Assembly: GCF_009914755.1 (NCBI RefSeq)
Contig: NC_060927.1
Length of the DNA stretch: 64,000 nucleotides
From: the human T2T-CHM13v2.0 reference genome, Homo sapiens
Reading direction: 5' to 3' (one strand)
Positions within the stretch are counted from its first letter, which is position 1. Each line of letters opens with the position of its first letter. Positions 18,681-32,224 of this stretch are shown here, in pieces. Made by a program: the position numbers and the translations under genes. The notes below the pieces were generated by a model. The model searched no databases. It was not told where the DNA came from and worked only from the letters and a program-made list of their open reading frames with translations.

Positions 18681-19265
18681 AAAAATGCTCACTGGGCTCT
18701 AAAAGTTCTTAATGTTGTTTATTAATTCAAACAATGGTCAGATTCAAACTCAATAAATATAATCAACTGTGCTTTATACATAGCATATGGACAGTTACTA
18801 TGAACCATTTGTTTGGCAAAGATGTACTGAGGATCTTCTATATTCCAGGCACTATGCTAGGTACTAGAGTCTGGTGGCCAACTCAGTTCTTCCCTTCACA
18901 GAGAGTAACACCTAGCTGGAGAAAAAGGCAATAAATAAAGAGACAACTTCAAATTGTAACAAGTGCTATGGAAAAAAGAAAGGCTGAGGCAGAAAACACA
19001 GGGAGGGATAAGGAACTACATGAGCCATACATATGGAAAATGAAACTGTGATGCAGGAATGTGCCCTTATTTTTTGTATGCCTATATTATTGAACTGGCA
19101 TAAATTCTGAATAATGAAAATATGTGCTTGGGTTGTGACTGTGGTGGGCTCTTAAAGGTAGGCTCTGCCCTTCTGCACCAATAAAAGGAGTGAGAAAAAA
19201 AAAGTAAAGTTGACATTTGCCTTTAACAAATAAGGCAATACAAGACTGTCCATATGTAAAAGTTA

Positions 19266-19647
<382 letters not shown>

Positions 19648-20009
19648 TCATAATTTCCCATATATGCCCACCACCCCTTGGAGGAGGAGGGGTTGGCTCT
19701 CTACCTAAACTAGAAGATAAAACTCTCTCATAATCAAAGACAGGGGAGGACCAGGGAGGTCTTCAAGAGGAGAAACATACCTTTGAAATTCTCTCCCTTC
19801 TTAGAAGATTCAGAATATTTCAAATACTGCAAAGTATGCCCTGGGAGCCAGTCAAAATATGTAGTAGGCCAGACCACAGGACTAGGAAATTAAGATACAG
19901 CTGCCTGCTCCTATTAGGCCTAGGTGCAGGGCCAGAATATTAAGGTTAACTTGGGCCCAGTTTGGCTGAAAAGACACAGGCTTCAAATAAGACTGGACAG
20001 GAGAGCAGG

Positions 20010-21860
20010 TAAATAAATAGAATATTCACATAATGGAACATTATATAACAGTCAAACCAAATAAAGCAAGGTACAGAACAATGTGTATTGTACAATATCT
20101 TTATATAAGAAAGGAAGGAAAATAACGTACATACATATTTGCCTGTGTGCTAATAAAAGTGGCTACTACCTTAAGGGAGATGGGTACAAAGATGAGGGTA
20201 TGAGAAGAGGAGCAAGAACAAAATTTCACTTTATACCTTTTTATATTGTTTTGTAAAAATAAAGAGCTAAAAGATTATAATTCTCATTGCTGGTGTTAGT
20301 CACACATTTGGAGAGGGCAATTCGGTGGTATACATCCAGGTCCTTAAAACTGGCATATCCCTAGACCCAGAAATTCCACTTTTGAAAGGAAGTTATCTAA
20401 GAAAATAATAAGAGATTTGTGTACACACACACACACACATTCACTGCAGAATTATTTATCATAGTTAAGAAAATTTTTTTAATCTACATGTAAAATAATA
20501 AAGAACCAGTGAAGGAAATTATGGGCCATCTAAACAATCCAGTAACATGCAACTGTCAAAAACTACACTGTAAAACATATACCGTAGAATACTCAGTGGC
20601 ACAGAAAAGTATTCATAGTATATTTTTTAAATCATTCATTAATTTTTCAATACCTTCTTTAGAGCATCTACCAGGTACTAGGCACTGAGCTAAATGCTGA
20701 TTTAAAAGGCCAGTTACAAAACAGTATATAAATGGACAATTCCATTTTTTGTGCATCTGTGCATTTATAACTAGACTAGAAGGATAGACACCAATATGAG
20801 AGTAGTGATTACCTGAGTGGCAAGATTATGGGTGAAATATATTTTCTATAATGAACATATATTATTTCTGCAATATGAGAAAAAAGCACCACTTTTTTAA
20901 TCAGGCTAACAACTCCCAGGATCAAGAATGTGTCTCATTCATCTCTCTGTCCTCTCACCCCCTCCTGACTCCCTGAATACAAACATGATGCTTGCTTCAG
21001 CTGCAGCAATTCTGTGGCCATTATGGAAAGGCCAAGAACTGCAAGATACACTCTCCTTGACATCTCTGAGCTGCTGAACTAAAGCCAAAGCTAACCATTT
21101 CTAGACTTCTTTTTATGTGGAAGAAACAAACCTCTATTCTTTTTAAGCAGGTTACTTGCAGCTGAAAGCATTTGAAGCTGACATAGTAACCTATTAAATA
21201 ATACATGACACATTAAGGCCAGTACAGGCAACCCAGCAAATTTCTTTGATCAACCAGCAGAAACTGAAGACTGATGTGGTTAATTGCCCCACTAGCTTCT
21301 GGCTCTGTATTCTCTTCTCTGAAGCTCCTGGGAAGTAGAGCCCAGGAGAAGCTGTTAGTGAGGATTCGAGATCCATAGGGGAGCACTGCTTGCTGCAAAG
21401 AAAAACCAGGCAGCTACTCCTACAGCTTTACAACGTGGCCCAGCATTCCCACTCCTGGAAATGTCTCCTAAGAAAAAATCATGAATGTGATTATGCACAC
21501 GTGCAAATACATCAGAAAAAATGGTGAGGAAAACCTATATGTTGACCAAGTGGGATAGATTAAAAAATAATGTCATGTTCTAACAGTGGAATACTCTGTA
21601 GACATTAATGCCATGGGAAAATGCATACAATATATTGACGAGTGAAAACAGAAAACAAAACTGTATGTAAAGTATTATCCAAATTTAGAAAAATGTGTCC
21701 ATTTTCTGTTAGAAAACTAACAGAACAAATATGCATGCAATAAAAACAATGGAAAAAAAGCCACACACTGAAATATTGATAGTGCTATCATGAATGGGTG
21801 AAATGCAATGTTATTTTATTTTTTGAGTATTTCTATATTTTTTTAAATCTTCCAAATTTA
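20010..21860 (+). mobile_element. Region of old L1ME-like 3' fragments with interspersed L2 and MLT1J-like (~21010-21185) pieces
   Basis: GACCCAGAAATTCCACTT, CCCAGCATTCCCACTCCTGGAAAT, AGTGGAATACT motifs; boundaries approximate. Confidence 0.55.
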
Positions 21861-22379
21861 TTTTCTTGTGCAGTTGGTAAGAAAATTTCTTCTAAATAGC
21901 ACCTTCTTACAGAATATTCTGGGCCCTCCGACCAAGATGTTCAATTCATCCACACCAACTTTGTCTAATACCTGCCTGCAGATCCAATGGAGTTAACAAG
22001 AAACAATTTATTTTTGTGTTTTAAAAATAGACATGGCAACAGCTGTAAGCTAAGCTACAGAAAATGATAAAGAAATTTTATTTCCAAATAAATTTGCATT
22101 GTATAAATGCAGTACATTTTCTTTAATTCCATAAGGTTTTGATACTGCTAATTTGAGAAAAATATTGATGTTTCCTTAAATAAGTCTAATTTGTATTGAA
22201 ATTCATCCCCTCACTTGAAATGGAATGATCTTGAAAACAATAAAAATGAATGTTAATTTGCTATGTCATTGATAAAAGCAATTCCTTTTATATCCTTGTC
22301 CTTATCCATTAGACTTCATTTTACAGAAAAGGTAGCTATCAGGCAGGTCTGACCTTTTTGCCACCTAAGGACATTAGCT

Positions 22380-22600
22380 ATTAGAGCTCAAGCTCCCTAG
22401 CCGGATGGCCTGGGTCCATATCTTAGGCCCACCACTTGCCAACTGGGTGTCCTTGAGCCCTTGTTTAACCTCTCTGAGCTTCAGTTTTCTCGTGTGTAAA
22501 ACAAGGATAATACAAGTATCGACTCCATAGAGTTGCTAAGAGGATGAAATACGAAAATCTACATAAAGATCTTAGTTCAGTGCCTGGCCATAGTAATCTA
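22380..22600 (+). mobile_element. MIR
   Basis: TTTAACCTCTCTGAGCTTCAGTTTTCTCGTGTGTAAAA core. Confidence 0.8.
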
Positions 22601-22679
22601 ATTTAAAAAAAAAAAGTAAGGTCTCTTTTAACTTGCTTTCAATTTTTATGTGCAGATAGATCATGGACCTGAAATTTTA

Positions 22680-22944
<265 letters not shown>

Positions 22945-23290
22945 TTAGCGTTCCCTATGATAAATGAGATGTTTAGGGAAAATGTTGGGTTTTTTTAGAC
23001 CACTGGAAATTGACTTCAGCATGTGTATTAGAGAATGTAACTACCCCATTCACCTTGTCCTGTCCAGTACTTTCACTAAAAGCAAGGTATTGTGACCAAT
23101 AATAAAATCATAGCTAAAATAATCACTAACATGTCATTAGTGCTTAATATGTACCAGAAAGTGCCCTGTGTGTTTTCATGTATTATCTCATTTAATCCTC
23201 ACAACTAACCAATGAGGTAAGTTCTCTTACTATCCCCATTTTTAGATGAGAAAACTGTGGTATAAAGAGCCAGGAAAGTGCTAAGTCAAG

Positions 23291-23482
23291 ATATAAATAT
23301 AGTATGTAACAATATACTATATTTACTATATGTATTATAACATATACTATAATAATATATTTTTGTTATAATATATAGTATATTATATTATATGTTATAA
23401 TAATATAATATAGATATATAAATATAAATATATATTATTGTTATATAATATATATTATGGTAATTAGTAATAATAATAATAA
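23291..23482. repeat. AT-rich degenerate (TA)n low-complexity island between MIR fragments
   Basis: ~190 bp almost entirely A/T, ending in (AAT)n. Confidence 0.9.
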
Positions 23483-24839
23483 CACAGCATCATTATTCAA
23501 TCCCTGTGACCTGCCAAATGCAGCTCTAGATGCCTTCCCAGTGACATCTCTTGTGTTGACAACAATCTTTTACTATTCTTATTTAATGGATGAGGAAACT
23601 GAGAACTTAAATGAGTTACTTAAGATGAGCTATAGCTCTGACTGGTTCCAAAGCCAGCCACTCCAGAATTACTCTTCTACAGAGGGCAGGGAAAACAGCT
23701 CATTAGGTCCCTGAAGTGCTCTACCCAGGTCACAGAATGTTGGAGAGGAATAGGACTTCAGAATGATCAGATCCAAGCCCTCACTTTACAGATGTGGAAA
23801 GGGAGGCCCAGAGAAAAGAGACTTGCATAAGGCAGTGGGAGAGCCAGAACTAAAACCTGGGTCTCCCAGTTGACATGATGTAGCCATCTCATGTTGAGTC
23901 AGCTATCTCAGGCACTGTGAAAGCAGGAAGGGAAAGCTGACAGCTTCAGAGTGATGACAGCAGACTGTCCTCCCTCTCTCTGCTCCCTGCTGACCCTGGG
24001 ACTGCTGCATATGCTTCCTGGCCCACTCAGAGTAGCAGCAACATGACTTGAGAAGAGGCTCTTCAGGAGAGAACCCACAATGAAGACAGGAAGCACCCAT
24101 GCCCTTACATGATCTACCTAGGGCCCATTTCCAATGGAATCCCCCTGAAATAGAATTAAAGATCAATGGAGATGGAGGGTTGCCTCAGACACATGTGGGT
24201 CTCTTTTGTAGACATACAACACAACCTAAATCTTTGAGAACATGATCTGACTCAACAAATTACCTGCATTTTTTCTGATTAAATGTACATCCATCTTAGT
24301 TTGTATACTGGATAAAAATAAACCAACTCGTACAGAAAGTTTTTTAAAAATAGAGTTTTGGGGTGTTTAATTAAAAATGCTTTCAGTATTATGTAATCCT
24401 TGAAATACAACAGTTGTTTACTCTGCTTTGATTTCTAAGCTTTCCTTTGATGACAGATATTAATATTTATCATTTTTCTGATGTTGGACTAATGAGAATC
24501 TTAAGTGTTTATGAGAAGCCATTTAAATATTACAGTACTGCAGATATGTTTGTTTTCTGATTTATATTCCTGTCTTTAACATCAACCAGGATTTATTTTT
24601 TTGTGCTGAATCCTGGGTTGTTGTTCATCAACATTTTCAGTAAACTTTAAATAGCCAGAACTGATGATTTCTACATTTATTTGATGGTCAAAGTGAATAT
24701 GAAACTTCACCAAATAACATAGTACTATGGGAAAGGTTTAGTTATGATTTATAAAGTAAAAACTGGAATGCATGTATAACTGCTAGCCAGGAATAGAGTA
24801 ACATTCCAGGTTTAATGACACTGATCTCAGGTCATACGT

Positions 24840-25050
24840 ATTGAGTGCTGAGTATGTATCAGGCACTGTGTAGAACATAATTGAAATCAATGATTTCACT
24901 TGATTCTTACAACAGCTCTAAGAGCTAGGTAGTATTATCATCTCCATTTTACAGGAAAGCGAAGCTCAGAGAGGTTGAGCACTTCACTCAAGATGACACA
25001 GCAAATGAGAGGCAAAGCCAGAAGTGAGTCCTCAGGGTCAGATAATGGGC
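24840..25050 (-). mobile_element. MIR
   Basis: TATTATCATCTCCATTTTACAGGAAAGCGAAGCTCAGAGAGGTTGAGCACTT. Confidence 0.8.
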
Positions 25051-26394
25051 TCTTATTTATAATTCCTCTCTCAAGGGTCCCTCTGTGACTCCCCAGTATT
25101 TGAAAAATCTTATTCTCTACAAAGTATAAATAACCCATCTGCACAGAGCAACAGTCTTCAGACAACCCAGACTTTCAGATCTTGATGGCTATGATGAGTC
25201 ACACCTCATTTTGTTTATCATAGGCCATGCATTGTTCTATGCATGGAGACAGCAATAAACAGCACCAACAATTGTCCCTGCCCTCATAGTGCTATCTTTC
25301 TAGAGAGGGAAGATAGATAATATTAACACAATAAACAAAGCATTATCACCATTATGGGGAGGAAACGGGAGGCTATGCAAATTCAGAGAAATAGTAAAAG
25401 GGGATGAAGTCTGCAGTTTCTGTAGATTTCACTTGCATATACTCCCCATGCAGCCAAGACTCAGCTAACCAGAGAAATGACTTACAATCAGTAACAGAAG
25501 ATGGCCCAGAAGTAGTGTGGTACAGTGCAAAATCTAACACTGAATTCTCAGTTAGGGACCTGACATAAATCACTCACCCTGCATAAGGACCAGGTGCAGG
25601 GGAGACAGCCATCAGCAAAATAGCCACTACCGCTGCCCTTCATAGAGCTTACAGTCCAAAGGGAAGAGAAGCATTGATTTAAAATCAAAGGTTAAATAAA
25701 AGCTGTAAAAAGTATAAGAAGGAAGCAAAAGACACAGGAGCTAACCTATAGGAGACTAAGAAAGGTCAACATTCTGCCAATTGCACTGTCTGTGACCCAC
25801 ACCAAGTCATTTTTCCTCTTTACAGCCAGTTTTTCAAATATGCAAATAAAGGAGAGTAGACTAGATGAATCCAACCAGCTTCTTTCAAGCTCTTTTTAAA
25901 AATCTCTTGAAGCCATGATTCTAACATATAAAAATTATGTATCTCCTCTTCTTTCCACCAATTAAAAGATCCCAAACTGTCAGTCCCTTTCATTGTATTC
26001 ATCTGCCTCACTACTGCTAGGGCTTTGTTCTTGATTTTCACTGCCATTTGGCAGAGAAGTCAAATCAGGAGGGATATGGATGTGATACCGCATTAGGGGG
26101 CAGAAGTGGGTATCGCAGATGCTCTGATCAGAACCTAGTGAAGGAAATGAGAAGGAATTGGGTTATACAAATGGAACCTAGGGTCCAGAGAGTGTATTAA
26201 CAGGTAACAAATTAGCCTGTGGAGATAGTAGGCATTAGGGAAGCATCAGCCAGGACTGTAACTCATGTTCTGGCCAAAGGGAGGGGAAAAAAAAAGTCTA
26301 GAAGTAGTGGAGAAGCAGATGAGTGGAAGAGAGGTCTAGACAGCAAACAGCATGGATCCAACCACAATACTGAGATCCAGGGACAGGAGCATTA

Positions 26395-26835
26395 CCCATG
26401 GGAAAAAAATCCAAATTCCATACTTTGACTTCAAGGCCCTGTATGGCCTGGGCCCTATCTATACAGCCAATTTCATCTGATGTCAGTCTCCCTTTCCCTC
26501 TCTATGGTTCAGCCACAGGGGCCTTCTTTTCTCCCTTTGATGGTGTTAAGCTCTTTCCCACCTTAAGGCCTTGGTATAGGCTATTCCTTCTGCCTGGGAC
26601 CCCATTCTATTAATACCAGCTCTTCATATGGCCAGCTCCCTCTCATCCTTTACTTAGGTCTCTGCTTAATTCTCAGCTCTTTCTGTCTGGCCATTTTATC
26701 TCAATAGGTTACTCATCCCTCTTTCTATCACAGTATCTTATAATCTTCCTTCTTGTACTTGACATATTATTATTACAGGTGTTTGCCTATGTGTTATCTG
26801 TCCCCTTCACTAGACTCCATGAGGGCAGTGCTGAT
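26395..26835 (+). mobile_element. L2 fragment
   Basis: TTCAAGGCCCTGTATGGCCTGG...CTAGACTCCATGAGGGCAG. Confidence 0.7.
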
Positions 26836-27722
26836 ATTTTATATAGATCATCCCATTTAATTCATAACAATCTACGAAGTGGGTACTATTATGTCCATTT
26901 TACAAAGAGAAATAAAACTGCAAAGAAAAACAACTGGCCATATATATATATATATATATATACACAAATTCTAAACAATACTACTCATTACATTAAAACA
27001 GAATGGCAACTTAGTAGAAGCCACAAAAATCTGAAATCTTTTTATTTCAAGTGTAGCCCATGGACCAGCAACATATATATCACCTGGCAGCTTGTTGGAA
27101 ATGCAAACACTTCTGGCCTCACCAGGGCCCTTGCATATAGTTCCAGCAGTCCTCAACCCACAGGAGTTGGACCCAGCTGTTCCATCTGCAACAGGAAGCC
27201 AAACACAGCTAACACCTCTAGGCCAGGGAAACCTTGGCCTGTTGCCTTGTGGAAGTTCAAGAGGCTAGAGGAAGCCTTAGTTTAGAGGAAGCTTTATCCC
27301 TGCTCAGAGGAGCCAAGAGAGGGCCTCAGCTGTAGATTTTTCTGAAGCTTCTTGGCCTTGTTTTTATCCACCAGGCTGGCAGAACCCAGCAAATGGGATT
27401 TCAAACTACAGTGGCTACCTGTTTTGCTGTATCCCTAGTGTCACATCCCTCTTCTGAAGGTATCAGCAGCTCTCGTTAACCAGGGCCTTTCTGTGTGTAC
27501 AGCCCTGCAAGCTTTGCACAGCACAACTCCAGCAGGCACCAGTCACATATACTCTGGTATGAATGGTGGCCTCTGATGCTAAGAATGTGGCAGCCCTGGC
27601 CCACTTCCTCTGGGTGAATCTCTCCTCTCCCAGGGTGGGCATTTGCTCCACACCTGGCCACTCACAGTACCCCTCCAACTGGCTATAGAAACAATTCCAA
27701 GTGGTAGGCATATGGCCCAAGC

Positions 27723-28019
27723 TAGAACTCCTTCAATCTGCTGTAAATTTTGAGGTATTATGGGCAAATAGATATATTTCAGCCCATACAATTGAGTCTC
27801 TCTAAACTTGATGGAAAAAATCTGGGATCTTTAAGGTAACATGTTATATCTGATTATTAAGATGGGAATTTAAGGTACCTTGCCTTCTAATGGAAATTTA
27901 TGTAGCCAATTACAGTGCCCCCTTCTTTACATAATTTTAACCCATTGGGATTGCTTTCTAACCAGTGGTTCTTGGCCCTGGCTACAAGTTAGAATCACTA
28001 GAGCATGTCTCGTCCAGAT
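27723..28019. repeat. Left arm of a long inverted duplication
   Basis: 27761-27892 matches the reverse complement of 31519-31650 at 117/132, ungapped; weaker homology on both sides. Confidence 0.92.
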
Positions 28020-29365
28020 CAATTAAATTGGGAAAGGTTGGTGGCACAGGCCTTGGTACCTCAATTTCAGCTGCGCTAGACTCTGACTACTCATCTATGT
28101 AAGGCGTCCCAAAGTGGCATATGGTGTGCTACATAGTCTATGCTTCCAGGCAGGCCAACAAAGTGGTAGACTACATCCAGTGAAAATCAGACCTGCCACT
28201 TTCTGATGATGTAGTAACTGACAGGCAGAGACTAATTTTACTTACACAAGTGGCTGTAAAACAAAATATTCCCCTCTCTCTCCACCCCACCATTTTTTGT
28301 TGTTCTACCTCTCCCACACTCTCTGCATTTGTTTTACCTCCCTCTTGCCTCTCCTGCTCTCCCTTGGATTTCTTGCCAGGGTCATTCCTAGAAGAGATTG
28401 AACTGGAATCGCTAGTGCTCCAGGACTGAAACAATCTTACTCTAAGCAGGTTCCAACCCTTCCCTCCACCTGTCCTCAGGGCTCCAAACGCATAGGTAAA
28501 CTTGTGCTTCTGGGCACAGCTTAAACATCTACTGACAAAACCAAGCAGGTACCGTCCTTCAGTTAATGTGGAGTCCAAAGGCAGCAGTGAGTTTTGTGTT
28601 TTGCTTTGTTTTTTCAAAACTAAGATGTGGGAAGAAGACTTCTCAGAAAATAAAAATCTTGTTCTTACCACATTCCACAGACTTCAGTGATTAAATGACT
28701 GTAGATTGTATGCTCCTCCAGCCTGGTCTAACTAAAATATTCATGCATTAAACCTTGTGAGGGAGTACTGATACTTCAACATTATCTATGATGGTTTCTA
28801 ACTCCAGTAGCTGTGAGTCTGAGAAACTGCAAAATATACTGAATTTTAATAGGATTCTGATTGTTAAGAAAAAGAGGTAAATCCATAACAAAGAACACTA
28901 ATAAACACTTAAAAAGACTCAGCAAGAGTCTTTAAGTTACAGAATCCTGAAAATGTGTATCTTTTGTGAACTTCTCAAGCAGTTTCTCAATTTTCTCTTC
29001 TATTCCCACTTATTCATCATTAAAAGAAAACACTGGCATACAAACAAAATACCCCTAAAATAAGTGATTTTTAACTGCAGTTAACACTCTGGCAAAAACA
29101 CTCTTTTTCCCACCCTTTCTCTTTTTCTCTGTATGGAGTGAACAGACCAGAAAAGTAAGGCCACTACATTGTGAAATAACCTCCTGGTGGGCAGAAAGGT
29201 TCAGGAAATGCTGAAAAATGAAATTACGGTGCTGGGTAATATATATTCAAACCAAGAATGTTCCTGGACCGTTGATATAAGGGTTTAAATATAAATATAA
29301 ATACTCAAATATAACTGTATGCATTTTCTATGAGTCAGAAAAACAACTTTCCAAAGGAAAGGGTC

Positions 29366-30586
29366 TGAAAGGGGATCAGAATATGCTACCCCAAAATATG
29401 CCACTTTGGCATAAGGGTTATTTGAGTTGAAGGCAATTAAGAACAGCAGATTCAGAAAAAACAACAACAAAAAAAAAAACACCTCTGCCCTCCTCCATCT
29501 AGCTAAAAGCAGGGCACAGATTTTCCTTTGTAAAGGTGACATATTTTCTATAAATAAAGGTTTTCCCCTTTCCCTACCAGAGAGACTTCTTACCTGCATA
29601 AACAAACCTTACTAAACAACCTTCATTTACCATACATTTTCCTAGTCATTTTTTCACAGTTTATCCCCCTACCCCAGAAGCCCAAATCCCCTTGTCCTTT
29701 TGTAACCACCCAACAGGTTCATTTTGCCTGCTGCCCAGATGGTTTATCCAGAGAGAGGAATTGCAACAGAGAAAGAATTTAATTCATGCAGAGCCGGCTG
29801 AACAGGAGACCAGAGTTTTATTATTACTGAGATCAGTCTCCCTGGAACATTTCAGAGACTGGGATTTTTTAAGGATAATTTGGTGGGTAGCGGGCCAGGC
29901 AGTGGGGAGTGCTGATCGGTCGAATTGGAGATGAAATCACAGGGAGTCAAAGCTGTCCTCCTGTGCTGAGTCAGTTCCTGCATGGAGGCACAAGACCAAA
30001 TGAGCCAGTTTATCAACCTGGGTGGTGCTATCTGATCCATCTAGTGCAAGGTTGGAAAAATATCTCCAGCACCAACCTTAGGTTTTGATGTTATCCCTAG
30101 GAGCAACTGGGGAGGTTTAGAATCTTGTGGCCTCTAGTTGCATGACTCCTAAACCATAATTTCTAAACTTGTGGCTAATTTGTTAGTCCTAGGGGGTTTG
30201 GGAAAGGGTTGTTATCATCTTTGTTCCAAAGTTACACTATAAACTAAGATCCTCCCAAAGTTAGTCTGGCCTACGCACAGGAATGAACGAGGACAGCTTG
30301 GAGGTTAGAGGCAAGTTAGATGCGGTTAGGTCAGATCTCTTTCACCGTCATAATTTTTGCAAAGGAGGTTTCACTTTGTCTAGTTTCTTCTCCACATAAT
30401 ATATAAGCCCCCAGACCTAACCACCTCTTTAGGGTCTTCACTTCTTTTCTATGAAGGCCTCTGTATGCATATGTAATAAATGATTTCTCCTCTTAATCTG
30501 TCTTTTGTCAGTTTACTTTTCAGTGCCCCAGGAGCAGAACCTAAGAAAGTAGAGAAAGGATTGTTTTTCTTTTTTCCTCCCTCACA
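29366..30586 (+). mobile_element. MER39/MER34-family solo LTR interrupted by LTR8
   Basis: TGAAAGGGGATCAGAATATGCTACCCCAAAATATGCCACTTTGGCATAAG start; resumes after 30373. Confidence 0.85.
29701..30373 (-). mobile_element. LTR8-family solo LTR (ERV1) nested in MER39
   Basis: Reverse complement starts TGAAACCTCCTTTGCAAAAATTATGAC; TG/CA ends; 4-bp TSD CTTT at 29697-29700 and 30374-30377. Confidence 0.88.
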
Positions 30587-31192
30587 ATCACCACATATAT
30601 GGATTATCAAGAAAATTAAAGGTATGTAATCAAATTAGCTTAATTATTCTTCTGCTTTGACAGAGGATGGGGGTAGGAAGAAAACTTTATAATAGGCAGC
30701 CTTTCTAGAAGTGGTTCATTTCAATGGTTCATTTCAAGCTACTCAATTAGAATGTAAGAATATTACCAGTAAAAATGAGTGGTATTTTATCTGAACAACT
30801 GTTTAAACCCTTTCAATAACACTGCCATAGATCATGAAAGCATGTCACTGAGTTTCTTTGGAACACAGTTTTAATGGGATTATAGCCCCCCACTCCACCC
30901 CCAGCTATGAGGAATGAGGCAAACTAAGTACAGGACGAGAAACACAACCTGAAATTCAATATAAGGAAAACCCTTAGACAAGCACAGCAAGAGATACAAG
31001 GAGGGTAGGGGAGAAAGAGTGTCCCTGGTAGTTAATCTCAAAGATAACTAGTGCAAAATTTATAGTTAGTTCATCAAATTCCATGACAGCTTTGTGATGA
31101 CGCTTTTCTTTCATTCCCAAAGCCTTCAAAATGCTACTTTCTAGATATTTCATTCCCCACTCAGACCTTTTACCTATTGGATTATACCTGAT

Positions 31193-31334
31193 TCATTCCA
31201 CGATGCTGTGTTATTAGAATCAGTGGTTTTCAATGTTAAATGCACTTTAGAATCAGCTGCGAATCATTCCACAATGCTGTGTTATTAGAATCAGTGGTTT
31301 TCAATCTTAGATGCACTTTAGAATCAGCTGGGAA
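31193..31334. repeat. 71-bp tandem duplication spanning the left end of a MER5-like element
   Basis: TCATTCCAC[G/A]ATGCTGTGTTATTAGAATCAGTGGTTTTCAAT...GAATCAGCTG twice. Confidence 0.93.
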
Positions 31335-31408
31335 ATGTAAAAAATAAACAAACAAAAGAAATCACACAAACAAAAAAAACACCTGCTCCCCTCCCCACTC
31401 TTTCGGTT

Positions 31409-32224
31409 ATCTGGATGGGACCAGCCCCAGGTGATTCTAACTTACAGCCAAGCCTGAGAGCCACTAGTTGGAAAGCAATCCAAACAAATTAAAATTACAT
31501 AATGAAGGAATAAACTTACATTAGGAGGCCAGGTACCTCGAATTCCCATCCTAATAATCAGATATAATGTGTTAATTTAAGGATCCCAGATTTTGTCCAT
31601 CAAATTTAGAAAGACTCAATTGCATGGGATGAAATATATCTATTTGCCCATGATGGGGTTCAGGACATACTACCCTGAAATATTGTAAGCTGAATGAATT
31701 TGAGAAGACAGCAGAAGCCAGAAGGTCAGAGGTCACTCTCTGACCTTCCTTCTGCCCTCTCTGAAGCAGGTCATAAAACCTAGGAAGAATTATCTGGCCT
31801 TCTCCTGAAGCAGGTCTAAGACCCTCCTGTGAAAGGTTTCTCACTTCCCATACCTGGAATGAAAGAACATCCTTATCTCTGAAAACAAAGGGTTACAGAG
31901 AATCTGAACAAACAGGTCTTGCTATGTTTCCTCCCATTGTTAGCTCATGTTTTCTTATTCAATCATACTTCTACACAACTATCTACTTCTTCATCAAATC
32001 TAGCATAAAAAATACACAGGTTTACCAGTTTTGGGGGTCTTCATTCCATTATGAAGAATCCTGTGTCACATAAAACTTACGTTAAATAAATCTGTGTGCT
32101 TTTCTCTCGTTAATCTGTCTTTTGTTACAGGGGAGTCAACCAAGAACCTGAGGGTGAGGAAAAGATACTTCTCCTCCCCGACCCCATAATACGCCAACTT
32201 TTACAGAGGATTGAAGAAATTCCA
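31409..32224. repeat. Right arm of the inverted duplication, split by an LTR at 31651-32182
   Basis: Removing the LTR and one CCCA restores TATTTGCCCATAATAC, the reverse complement of 27755-27770. Confidence 0.9.
31651..32182 (+). mobile_element. MER34/MER39-family solo LTR
   Basis: TGATGGGGTTCAGGACATACTACCCTGAAATAT start; AATAAA; TSD CCCA at 31647-31650 and 32183-32186. Confidence 0.85.

Noticed and set aside
26779-28671. 168-aa and 166-aa ORFs (26779-27285 +, 28171-28671 -)
   Set aside because: The first runs through L2/MIR/(TA)n/MER5 pieces and the second through a low-complexity purine tract; no homology recognised
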